A DNA stretch of 64,000 bases, taken from contig JALMLS010000420.1 in assembly GCA_038496445.1 (NCBI GenBank), forward strand, positions 124,001-188,000. The letters are read 5' to 3'. The position numbers and the translations under genes were made by a program. Below the pieces are notes generated by a model, which worked only from the letters and a program-made list of their open reading frames with translations, was not told the DNA's origin and searched no databases. Below, piece after piece: positions 1-15,825 of this stretch; within the stretch, counting starts at the first letter, position 1, and each line of letters opens with the position of its first letter. Source of the DNA: Trichosphaerium sp. ATCC 40318. Taxonomy: Eukaryota; Protista; Tubulinea.

Positions 1-630
1 TTGGTTGACAACTGAGTAACTGTGTACGCCTCCAATCCAAGCAGAGCCTCTGTATATATTAGGTATGTACAAGGGACACTATTTCAAGTCATACCCTTGC
101 TCATATTTGTAGATATGCGCTTCTGTGCCTACAATAAACTCCTCTCCTTGACGCCAATTTAATTTAAACTTAAAACGGTACAAGTCTTACCACGCCCATT
201 ACAGTGAAGAAGTACACTAATGAGGTTTCCTACGTATGTCAACGTGCTAGAGACGCTTAGTACTCGTACCCATGGTTCCTGAAGGTACAAATAGTGCGCC
301 TTCCTAAAATGACTTAGTACAAGCGTATAAATTGTTACCGTACCTTTCCAAGTAGTTTGGCAGTCTTTTCTTCAAGCGACTAGCACAATTTAATTGACGT
401 TTTAAAACGCTAGAAAGGGTACGTTGACTGTTGGATCGTCTCCTATTAAGCGTTATGAATGTAACACGTCGTACAGCATATTACGCACCATACACATCAT
501 CACCAACTACGCTTGCCAACATTGCCTTTACTTTCAGTATGCTAAGTGTATAATCTGTTTACGCACCTCTCGCATCTCTTTGGTTGGTTTTGTTACCGTA
601 TCGGCTTGTTCAAAAGTCAGTGGTCAGTAC

Positions 631-2386
631 ATGAGGTGTTAAATGACGCACAGCGCATATCTATAACTTGGGCCATGCTGTTTGCTTCGTTGCAGGGATG
701 ATAGAGTCAGACTTAATCTTCGTTCTACTTTTTCAATTTTCAAGCTTTTAGAGAATTCGTTACATAGTTTACTTGTTGAGCGTAGGAGAGAGAACATCCA
801 GAGAAATAATGCGTAAGTAGAGTAACTAGAGTAATGTACACAGGCGCGAAAAAAAAATACATTACTTCTATTAGCTTATATTATTGAGCAGAGCAACGCA
901 GCAAGAAGCGTAAACGCAAAGAGAGGAAAACTAAGCAAGGAGAGTACGAATATGTTTACCTTGATGGGGAATCATACTGTGTGTGTGGTCGCGCTCATGT
1001 TGATGGCATTCCAATGATTGGCTGCGATATTTGCGATCAATGGTATGGTTACACCTGAAACTAGTTGTACAAGCTAACACACGCGTAAGGTTTCACCAGC
1101 CATGCGTTCGTGTGGCCAAGCAAGATACAAAGGCAATTCAAAAGTATGTATGTCCGTTTTGCTCTGGACCCAAAGGAAGTACGCACTACCAGCTCTGATA
1201 TTCTTATTGAGTAATTTAAACCGATAGAAAATTATGTAAAACGCGTCAAACGGTGTTCTACGCCTTGTGTTAACTTTGAAACATGCAAGACGAATGCTAG
1301 AACAGGTTCAAAGTATTGCTCTCACAATTGCGGCATTGAACACGCATTGTTGTTATTTAAACGTAAAAAACAAGAAGAAGTGGAAGAGGAGGCTTTGTTG
1401 AAACGTAAAGTAAGCATTGTGACTGACACGCACATTTCTTCTGTTTTTTGATCAAAAGATTTTATTTTTTTGATTTTTTACCTTTTAGGAACGTGAGAGG
1501 CAACAGAGTATACTAAAACACATTTGTGATAATCCATCTGATGGTAATGACCTTCACCAAATACAAGATCATGCACTCTTGATGCAACTAGAAGAAGATG
1601 AAAAAGATAGCAATGTACAATCCAAAACAAAAATGTTTCATGTTTTGTTAAATTTTATTTTAGCGAGAACTTGAAGAGATTGCATTACAAAGAGAGGAGT
1701 TAAGAAAAGCTGTAGCTAGAGCTGAAAATTTACCTTGTAGTCCAGCAAATACAGGGAACAAGAAGCGTTACTCACGTGCCCAAGGCATCTTATATGATTG
1801 CAAAACGTGCGGTAAACCGTTTCAGCTCCATCAATACGCTCAGCACTTGGAATCTTGTTACCTAAAGAAAGAATCGCACTCCCACATTTCTGGTATAGCC
1901 CCATCATACTCAGAGGATGCCTCTCATATCGTATACTGTGATTACTTTGATGCTAAGACTAAGACATATTGCAAGAAACTTAAGGCTTCATGTCCACTGC
2001 ACGCTGGATGGGCAAGGTACAACAAAAAAAAAATTTGCTGTTGTTTATTCCTTAAGGCCTTCGTCTGTAAAGTCAGATACAAGAGTATGTAGCTTTCCAT
2101 TCCAGAATGGCTCATATTGCAAAAAAGCAAGAAGAGATTGCTTACAACACGTTAATTGGGAGTGCATGTTGAGGCAGTCATTGCTCTTAAAGGAAATATC
2201 TGCTGTGCGTTTAACTTTATTCAATTTCATGTTTATTAATTCTCTGTTGTATAGAAGCAAGCACTACAGGCCATAGAATACGAGCGCTGTATTCTATGTA
2301 AGCGTGTTGCAGATCGATTAGGGCTAAAGACACCAGCGCCGCCTGCTAAACCAGGTATAAAGATTGCTGAAATATCAGAAATGTAA
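631..2386 (+). CDS. CXXC1: CXXC1/Spp1-like COMPASS (Set1 complex) PHD-finger subunit, multi-exon; 5' end approximate
   Basis: Spliced PHD finger YCVCG..MIGCDICDQW|FHQPCV..YVCPFC, then SKYCSHNCG, then a C-terminal Cys/His region YCDYFDAKTKTYCKKLKASCPLH as in CFP1. Stop TAA at 2384-2386. Confidence 0.8.
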
Positions 2387-2889
2387 GAATAAAAATAACA
2401 TGTACAAACGCAATCTGTCACTTATACTTTCTCACTGTAACATCTTGTTACTGCGTACGGCATGTTTACCACCCTTTCTATGCTGCTTTTGTATAGTTTG
2501 AGACTGCACTGCAAACGTTACAGTGAGTTTAAGGCGCCATTCAGAGAAGGGTAACAGCACGAAAACAGCGAACGTAAAATGCTTCTTAAATGGAGCCAAA
2601 GACTTAATAAACAAAACAATCATTCATTCAACAGAAAGAGTTGTGCAGTGTCACGAATGGCGACCAATAGAGCCCGTAATGACACCTCAATACATCCTCT
2701 GTTGTATCCAGTTGATTTGGTTGTAAAGGTTTCGGTTGTTTACGTATTTAGAATACAAACACTGTTTAGATGCGAGAATTAGATAAAGGAGGCACAGAAT
2801 GGACATGTTGCCTAAATCAGCTGAATAGCTCTAAAAACGCGCCATTCTACAGTACTCTATGTACGCGCGATACACAAGCTGTGGTCTAA

Positions 2890-5489
2890 ATGCTTGTAGC
2901 GCCTGGGATATCAAAATTGATTTGTAACCAGCACAGCACTGCAGCGCAACTAAGCGATTACGCAAACACGTTGTCTGATAATGGAATAATCAATTGGCAA
3001 CATGTGACACATGCAAGACATTTCTTTTCTGGTGTCAATAAGTTCATTCTTAATTTAGGATTGGCTCACCAATTCCGCAACTACCCTCGTACATATTCCG
3101 CCACACTACAGAGAGAATGTCTGATGTAAAGGTAGGAACAGAAATACAGCATTGGGACAAGCAAGTGTCAAAAAATTGGTGCAGTGGTAAGCTACAAACA
3201 CTTGCAATTGCTCAGAAAATATTTAATGTTTTGACAGGCTTTGAAGCATTTAAACGCTATGGATACATTAATGTTTAAAGAAAAATACAGTACATTATAT
3301 ACACCTTTCTCCAGTTACTGGGAAGGTGGATTACCAGATATTTATTCAATGTTTAAGCAAGGTAATAACATTTTTACTCTGTTTTTTATAGGTGTCTTTC
3401 TGATATTTAACAAAGCATAGGACGTATTTATCAAGCAGGCTTAATACTTAGTGTCCTTATTGGTATGGTAATGCTTAGTTGAAAAGTTCATTTACGGGTT
3501 TAAAAGAGCGTGTTCTTGGAGACATATACATGACACAAGGTGTCACTGTACCGCAAATGCTCAAAGATTTGTTGGATGGAGATACCGCATTGTCGACCTT
3601 TGGTGAGGATAGAGTGTCGTTTCTCAAGATGATAATTGGACCTTCAATAGGTACTATTATTAAATAATTTGTAACATCTCAAAGCATTGCCTTTTGACTC
3701 AGTTTACAGGACTAAATTTACGTAATATTTTATGGCATGGGTTCATTGATGAAACTGAGTTAGATCCATCTCTCGTAGCTTTACTTATCGTAACATCACT
3801 GAGCATGGACTTCCACAAACACCATAAATCTTGTAGAGAGAGGCTCAACCTCGAAAACCTAGTTCCCTCGTCATTATATGATTGCAAAGAAACTCCAATT
3901 ACAATGGATGTTTTTCGTGAACCGAAAATTTTTAAAGAACTTGAGAAGCTCTGCACAGAGTCATACCTGTTTCTGCCCAGCAGAGATACCATTATTAAAA
4001 CATCACTAGAGTATTTGAGAGAAGGTACAACTACCAATTCAGAGCAAACACAGCGGTAAGTTAATGCTTTCAAAACAAAACTTGCAACTAACTGTTATAC
4101 AGAACTTCCTTCTTTAAATTCCTTACAGTGATTTTGCCTCAGTTTGAACATGGGCTTCGCCGCCTTTTTGTACACTCCAATAACCTCTCGTTTGATTACA
4201 TGTGTGCTCAAAGCAACATACATTACACAACTCTCGATATCTTTATTACAGGAGACACTACAAAGACTGATGGAACACAGTTAGAGCATTTAGAAGACAA
4301 CAAATTAACAGACCTACTTGGTGAGTCATGAACAACTGGAGAATCGCAGTTGAAACTAATAAGAATAGGTCCTTGCATATCAAATGCACTCTATGACTTG
4401 TTCATACATGCTGCAGGTCCCCGATTGAGGTACGATACTACATAATAAACCATGCTTATTTGAACTTAGAGACCGTGTTTCACATGGGGAATACGACCCA
4501 GAGCACGTGTCAACCGCACTTATATGTAGGTTTGTACAAACAATTGTGAGTATATCCCTCCTTTATCATCCGCAACCAGACCTACTACCTGGCACGTTAT
4601 GTATAGGATACAGTATGCTAAGTCACTTTGTAGGATTACAATCTATCAATGCGTATTTCTGCCCTTATATATCTGCTTTCCACCCAAAATCAGTACTTCA
4701 ACGCAAGTACGATTACAGTTGATTTTACGCGAACCGTAGTAAATAGGATGCTAGATTAAAGTCATTGTACAACGTGAAAAAAGAGGTTTCAAAGAGGATT
4801 GCCGGTTATCCAGTGAAACCAGATGATAGATCAGAAGTCGAAGATGGAGATGAAGATGTTGCTCTTAAGTACCAGCGATTCGACATCAAATACGACGATA
4901 TCCGAAACATCTTGGTAGAGCAGCACAGTATCATTCAGAACTTGTTGGATATTTATAGATCTGACACGTGCCTATTTTTACAAATTGGTCAAAATAATTT
5001 TTTGGATGCTTTGCCAACTTTGGGGTGTCCTCGACGCGAGTTGATTAAAATCACACAACTTTCAGCTATTGCTACAAACTTAGAGCGTTTTGGTAATACC
5101 TTTATTGACAAGATTGACACTACACAATCGAAGATCCAGCAAGGAAAAGCCTCAAGGTACCCAAACCACGAAACAAAAAAACAATACTAAAAACTATTTT
5201 TAGGAGAGTCGAGAATTCGTTCTATAAACTCCTTGGATGTTTAGGACTCTTTGAATCTGTTTACACTAATCTATTTGGGTTAGTAAACCTTTGTATCCAC
5301 GAGGATATATCACAAGTTCCTAACAAACTACTCCGACAAGTGGACAGTGCGATACAACGTGGTACAAACAAGTTTTTGGACAATACGTACTCTGCCACTT
5401 TGCAGCAATTTCAGGTAGTTATGCCTAAACTGACAGGAGTACTGAAGAAACTGCAGAACGCTACTATGTCGGATAACCCAACGCAATAA
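2890..5489 (+). CDS. ERMARD: ERMARD/C6orf70-like (DUF4209) protein, multi-exon
   Basis: Motifs GLNLRNILWHGF, LPQFEHGLRRLF and GPRLR|DRVSHGE are characteristic of ERMARD. GT-AG introns join the ORF fragments. Confidence 0.75.
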
Positions 5490-5675
5490 ACAACCGGAAC
5501 ACAAACTTTATTTATTTCCGTACTTACAACCATGCCAGTTTTTAAGACTTTGAATGGCTCACGTGAGCACAGCTTGGACGACTGCCCACGACTCGGTGGA
5601 AATATTGACGTTAAGTGTGGTTCTATCCGAAACAATCACGTTGCTAAAGTAATGGAAACCCAAATGTAAAATAAA

Positions 5676-8600
5676 ATGAGTCAAGCGATGCGTAAATCTA
5701 ATACAGTAACCGTGATGGGCACAGGTATTCTTTCACATACATATTAACTTTTTCTGTTTGAGTGTATGCCGCGATTGTATTTATCTCGTTTTAGTGATTG
5801 AGGGAAAGCATATAGCGACTGCAACGCGTTGTTACTGCGTGATAAAAGCTGGGAAAAATCAATTCAAAACAAACGCAGTTAGGAGCAAAAACCCACAATG
5901 GTTACACAAGTTTAACTTGTACGGGTCACGTGATACTTTTTTTTTTTGTTTTGGTTTTAACCCTGAACTATTTCAGCAAAAGTACCGCAGAAGAACTTAT
6001 CGACTTGGAGATACTCGTTTATAACAGGTACACGAACGCAAAATCTTAGTGGGCAAAAATTAAAGTATTTTTTTTTGTTTTTTTTTTTTGTTGTTTTTTT
6101 TGTCTGTTTTGCTGAAGCAGATCCGTTTTACATATTCGCTACTATCTCTTACTATAAAAATTGGTAATTTAATTAAAATGTTACCTTTGTAGGCGAAAGG
6201 TTGGTACAGATACTCAGATTGCGTATACATCAAGTACGTCACGTGTTCTTAACAATCAATTATTGTTGTTTTTATTTTGAGTCTTAATTAGTGAAACGTT
6301 GTTTGTTCACATGCTAAATCTCTATTTAGCGTATATTGATCCCAACTTGCTTATTAATCACCCACAAGAAGTACACCCCAACCAGCCTTGTTTTTATCAG
6401 TTAGAACCAACCTAAATGAGGTTTTTAGGTTTGGTCAACTTTAAAGTCGCCAAAGAGTGTAACTGGCACTAATCCGATGATGCCAATGGGATCCATTCAT
6501 TTCCTATTCCAGGTCATTCCAAAAAAACGAAGCCGAAAAAAGCATGGGTAGGAATATATCCTTTTTGATGTGATATATGATGAACTAAATATCTTGTACA
6601 GCTCACGTGTAGACAGAGCAAAATCAATGATAGTGCCAAGAGAAAAAGCATCTAAAAGCAGTTCTCCGTTATCAAAGGCAACAAGTGCTCATTCACGTAC
6701 CCACGTGAGAAGATCATCAATGAGTCAAACTGCCATTAAAAGTCGTGGCTCAGGGTACAATCTAAATAAACTTGTTCTGTTACTTACTTAGTTCAAGACC
6801 TTCAGCGCCACCTGATGCCCGAAGAATGCGTGCTATCAGTACTACTGCATTGATGAGACCTGGAAAAGCCAACGAAACGAAAGTAAGCCATTCAGGACTT
6901 GATGAGTTGAGCTCCTTAACAAAACTTGTATCGGATATACCTGATAGCCTTACTCTTGACTTTAACAAACCAGCCTCAGATCCAGTCAAAAGAAAAAAGG
7001 TGTGGTCACATGTTATGATAAAAAAAGCAACATCTTAACACTACTTATAGAGCAGAAACGGTAAATCGCGACGAGCAAAATCAAAAAATGGAGCGTCTAA
7101 TTACAAGGTCAAAACACAAAAAAGGAGAAAACATTTTGGAAATTGGGGAGACCCTGCGCCAGCACCAGAACAAAAAAAGGATGCTAAACCAAAACCAAAG
7201 TCAACAGAACCAGAGCTTGAACCTACGCCAGTTGTAGCAGGCCTGAAGAATAAAAAACTGAGCGAAGACGAGAACTGGGGTCTTGCAACACTAGAGGAAC
7301 CAAGTGATGATGTTGTCAACGGATTGAGAGCACTAGCCCGTTCAGCTCTTCTCGCTTCCAAAAGCAACGAAGAAAATGATAGCAAATCTAACGGTGCTGA
7401 CTCTGGTACAGATACAAGCGATATTTCGATATCTAGTGCATCATCAAAGTCAAATACAATGGAGAAACTTAATGGTTTAAAAAAATCAAAAGATTCAACA
7501 GAGACATCCTCATCATCAAAAAGCGATAAAGTTAAAAAAGTTACCAAGAAAAAAAAACATACCGAAGAAACTTCATCAACGTCACTGGATGTAGAAGAAA
7601 TATCTCCAACATATGATAAGGATATTGAATTACCTGATAGCATTAAAAACAATAGTACTCTTTCGAGACAAGCTGCATTAGAACGGAAAAATATAAGAAC
7701 GAACAACAGCAGACCTGCATATTCCAAGCCAAGACCGTCTGGAGGAGAAGGATTACCGTCATTCTCTAAGCCTAACGAAAGTGGTAACGCTGCTACTAAT
7801 GGGAACTATGATAAAGACAAGCATATGCGTACTATTAGGTTCCTTAAAGCGCTTAGTTTTACACTATCTGAGCGAAATCAAAAAGACAGGCCTTCAGTGA
7901 GTTAAACAGTTTTTTCTGCTAGCGACTAATATTTTACAGCTCAATGGACTTTTCAGTCCACGCCCTCAGAAGAACCAAGAGGAAGTTAAATCCACAGAAC
8001 AGAAAAGTGATCCTACTGAGAAGATGATGCTACAAATATCCAAAATGGTAGACGACAAGCTACAACAGCAAGTCAGGGTACGAAAATAGAAAATGAGTCT
8101 CGTTGTTTACGAATGTGGTCAGGATATGGAGAAAAAAATGCGTGCTATGGAATCACAGCTTGCAGCAGCGAGTGCTCAACAAGCACCTCCAGAACCAAAC
8201 AATGAAACAAATGACATGATGCAAATGCTCTTAGCTCTTGATAAGAAGCTACAAGAGAGTGAGGAGAACATGGAACGCGAAAAGAAGCTTCTCCAAAGGG
8301 TATTGTTACTTCAAGATCTTGTTTTAGAGCAGAATGTTGATTCGCTTGTTAGGAAAGAGAATTGCAGGAGATGGAGCGTAAATTAGAAGAAGAAAAACTC
8401 AGGCTAGCCGCAGAAAAAACCCCTGTTGAACCTCCATTGCCGTACGCAATTGACGCGCCTAATTGTTTGTACATCCTAATCGGATACTAGGGACTTGTCG
8501 ACAATGTTTACGGAGCAACAACTAGAAAAATTAGGTACGTAAAAAACCTCACATATATTTTTAAAGTCTATCCGATCTCCCTATGCGTTGACTCGTATAA

Positions 8601-9857
8601 AAGAGAACATTTTAGATACTTCCAGAAAAAATATAATATCACGTGATATTAATTTGGTGTATAGAGCAATTCATGGGGAAATTTGATATTGAAAGCCTGG
8701 AGCAGAAGCTTGAGAAGATTTCCCAATTCGACGATAAAAATCTGGATAAACCTCCTCCAATCGAAATTTTACAACAATCTGTGCGTTTAAATAACGTATT
8801 CCTAATTATTAAATTCCGTCTAGCCTCAAGCACCTATGGTGGTACCAGCGCCAAGTGAGGAAGGAGGTGAACTTCAAGAGAACCTAGCTAAATTCCAAGA
8901 GTTTATGTCCATGGTATGTTTTAAGGGCTTTTTGCCACGCCAGCATTCTTAGTCATGTGCTTACTTGCATTGTTTGTTCTTTAGGTTAATTTGGATGACT
9001 TGCAAACGAAACTATCTAAATTGGATCATATGCCTGGATTACCAGAGTCTACGAAGAGTTATAAGGAATTAAAGGAGGATCTAGCTGAACTGCAAAAAAT
9101 TTTATTCAGTCCAGAATCCTCACAACAGGATATCGAGCGGGCAAACATTGAGGTACGCAAAAAAGACATTGTCTATTCAACTCCCTTTATTGGTTCTGAT
9201 CTTTGTACGCATTAGATTGAGAAGGTTATGCAAGATATAGAAAGATCTCCTGACTTTCAAGCAGAACAAGCCAAACAAAGGAACGCATGGCTCGCAGAAC
9301 AAAAACCTAAAAACACGTGCGTTTTTCATCTATTTTTGTTTTGATAGTCTTCTTTCAGTCTTTCTTATATTTTTCTTAACTAGTGCTGCGTTTGCCCGTG
9401 TATGTGCCTCTATGCAAAGTATGGATGTAAAAGAGTTTACTGATTTAATGAGGAAAACACCTGAGTTACAACTAATCTTAAGCACAAAAGAAGAGATTCT
9501 TAGAAAGCATCAAAGTGATTTCAGAAACTATGTCTTGTCTGTTTCTGAAGATCAACTTCGTGCCATTAGACATAATCTACCAAAATTTAGACCTGATCAA
9601 AAGACTCAAATCAGGTTTGCTGAGACGATAGATAACAAAATAAGAGAAATTGAAAACGCGCCCAAAAAACCACCAAAGATTGAGCGTGTTACGCCTATTA
9701 GAAAGTGGAAACCAAAAATTGTTTCAGGTGGAGGTATGTTTACAACTGTAACCAACATCTACAAAAATAACTGACAACAATAATCACAGGTGGGTCTTTC
9801 ATGGACGAACTTCAAAAAAAGTTTTCAAAAACAGAAGATGGCGATAGTGATGCATAA
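5676..9857 (+). CDS. Large C2-domain protein with a Ser/Lys-rich middle, coiled coils and a short C-terminal helical (WH2-like) motif
   Basis: N-terminal C2 (VIEGKHI..YCVIKAGKNQFKT..KNPQW..F), long low-complexity exon around 7050-7897, coiled-coil exons, and C-terminal GGGGSFMDELQKKF. Confidence 0.65.
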
Positions 9858-10222
9858 AGTGTTTTTTTTGGTTGGTTCAACAAAACAAAAAAATACTGGA
9901 AAGTCATTCATGTCAAAAAAAAAAGTTTAGACACAAAAAGAACAAATCTTTGAACAACGATGTAAAATGAACTGTAGTTTATTGCCTACGAATAAAAAAT
10001 AATGTACAGATACGATAATATCAAGGCAACACAAGTACACTTGTTTTTGGAACTTTGGAAGCGCAGCTGTTTCGCGGGAGGGAAGTGAGGTAATAATTCT
10101 TGCAAAAAAAAAAATTGTGTGAAGTATTTCTTTTTTTGAGCTACTGTACAAAGGCCAAGTGCAAAAAACCAAAAAACAGTTATTTTGCGCTAAAGCCAGT
10201 TGAGAAGGATGGTTTGAACACT

Positions 10223-13370
<3,148 letters not shown>

Positions 13371-13481
13371 TATTATAGTATAATTAGTACTAGCGCGTGA
13401 ATTCAACAAAAACAAGGACGAAATAGTTTTTTATCCATGTTTCGAAAAAAAATAATAATTGAGAGCACAAACATAGGTAGA

Positions 13482-15458
13482 CTAGCGCGCACGTGCCTTA
13501 TTTAACGAATTATGGAGTTGATTTACAAAATTCGCCGACGAATACCGCTGTCCGGGCATCATCGACATATTTTGCTGCTGAGCATTGTTATATTCATCAA
13601 ATTGGCTCAAGATGGAATTTCTATGATTATCTGGAACCATACTGGATAAAAACTTGAGGACGTCCATGAAATCTGCTCTTGTGTAAAACGCGGTGTTGCA
13701 TAGTATATTTTTAGAGTACCTGGTACGTATGTGAAGTATTTGGATTGAGGAGAAGGGAAAATAACGTTATTGTAAATTAAAAACACTTGGACCGTGCGAG
13801 GCGGGAAACAAGGAGGCGTGGTGCATATCAAAACCTAAAGTCCCATGTGGTCAACCCACAGACCAAACCATAACAAACAAATGTGATCTATAAATTCTAC
13901 CCTTGTCACGTACCTTGTGTTCTTCGTCTTCTCTAACATAAGGAGCTCTCTGCTCTCCAAACAAAACACAAGCGCTGAATATCGCATCATTACAAATGGA
14001 ACCAAAATAACATTTTTTTGAAGCTTTTTTTTTGCAAAACGCCGTTTTTCTTTTTGTATAATTTGAAACAATATAAATTATTTCGCACGTGACAACACAC
14101 CAAAAACTACTGTCCAAAAAAACAAAAATTCTAAAATAAAAACAAATTACGCGTACCCCGGTCGCCAATTGCGTAAGAACACATCAACTGTTTGTCCACC
14201 TCTACAACTACCGCTTGAAGGATTCATACGGCTTATATGTGGTATTTGGCCTTGTTCTTCAAGGCTAGTTCCATTTTCCTTATAGCTCCCTTCTGTATCC
14301 ACACGTCTTCGTTTAGCCATACGTGAGTTATCATGCACGAGAAAGTTGTTAGAAACAACAGTAACAAAGTCCGTATCTAAAAAAAATTATTATTAGAGAA
14401 CTTCTCAAAAAACTCGTTTTAGAATTAGCTCATGACTTCTTTTTTTTCGTTTGTCCATTGGTACGTACAAGCGCTAACTCTTGCCGCTAGATATAATGCA
14501 AATGAGTTCATATTAACACGACTACACTGTTCCATCACTCTCAAGAAAATGACTAGTTCATTTGTGGCATGTGCAACATCACAAGTACAATACCGTCTTC
14601 GTGCTCTAAAAACAGATAAGTTTGTAAATTTACGTATGAGGAGTGTTGTGACATTTTCTTTCATCATATTTTTTGTACTGTACCTGCAACTGTGTATGCT
14701 CTTTCCGCGTTTACAATGTTGACATGTAGATTCATGGGTTTCCAAGACATTCTCTAAAACAGGAAATTAAGAAACGGGTTATGGTAAACCTAAATTAGGC
14801 AGGAATTACCAGACTTGTTAGAGTGAACTACAAGGCTTGTTTGTTGATATGAGTGAGGGTTTGTTTGGCCTGGGTAATAATTATTTTAATTAATTCGTGG
14901 TTTTTTTGCCTCAAAGGCTTACCTTCAACCAAATGCATTGTCAGTTCGATTGGATTAGGACACTCTGCTACAACCACGCTATAGCGAACGCCGTTGCTTT
15001 CACTACAAAGCTCAGGATCGCCCAATTTATACAAAATGCGCGTACTTGTTCTTTAAAAAGTCTGTAAACTTTGCTGAGCGTAAATGTAACTCGCTACCAT
15101 CTATTCCGTACAATTTGACTGTAATATTCAAGTAACCTCTCCAACGTAATATACTATGAGGCTGTGTAACGATTCTAAGGTAGTTTTAGAGATTTTTGAC
15201 GTCAAGTGTAATTCGTAAAATGTACTCCTTTCATTAAAAGCGACACATGTTTAACTTTTTTATTACCTTATTTCCCTCAAAATATCTTCCTCTTGTTTTA
15301 CTGGCGTTGGTGCTACCTCTACAGCTGTTTAGTAAAAAAAAATTTTGCAATAAAGTCCAGCATTGCGTACCTGAAAACAATACTGGGTCAGGATAGCAAC
15401 CATCCCCATCCCATGGGTCAGGGCTTATCTTTGGGAATAATGGCTGTGGTTCGGTCAT
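13482..15458 (-). CDS. COE/EBF (Collier/Olf/EBF)-like transcription factor: DNA-binding domain with zinc knuckle, plus an IPT/TIG domain
   Basis: Spliced translation gives IVTQPHSILRWRGYLNITVKLYGIDG..FTDF, ESNGVRY, VLETHESTCQHC, LVIFLRVMEQC and VSNNFLVHDNSRMAKRRR, then IPT (PHISRMNPSSGSCRGGQTV..VLFG..CTTPP..VQVFL..YFTY). This is colinear with EBF1 motifs recalled from memory. Confidence 0.75.
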
Positions 15459-15825
15459 GTTTGACGTTTCAAAGTTGTATAGCACTCCCTATTCAATGTG
15501 CATAAGCTTGGCCAACTGGGATATGGCTAGGGCACAAATATGTTTTTTTTTAAGCCCTATTGACCTCAATGTTGACCCTTACTAAAAACGAAATAGACTG
15601 CAAAAACGCCTACTCATTGCATTAAACCCTTGTACATCACTTCGTGTCAATGAAATTTCATTTGTTGTGTAGGCTGAATAAAACTATTCATACGATGTTT
15701 GAGTATAACTACGCCTAACTAGCTAGCAGTTCTAGCGAACGGCGACTTACGTTAGGGTTTAAGTTTTTTTGAAAATCCCTTTTTTTGCTTGTCTTCTTTA
15801 TTGTTGCATGCAACCTTGTTGAACA

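Noticed and set aside
1-600. Possible terminal exons of an upstream gene (intron-like 63-110)
   Set aside because: No consistent reading frame or homology could be supported.
7101-7727. Long antisense ORFs (also 19662-20048 and 22831-23292)
   Set aside because: They are shadows of low-complexity or biased coding exons on the opposite strand.
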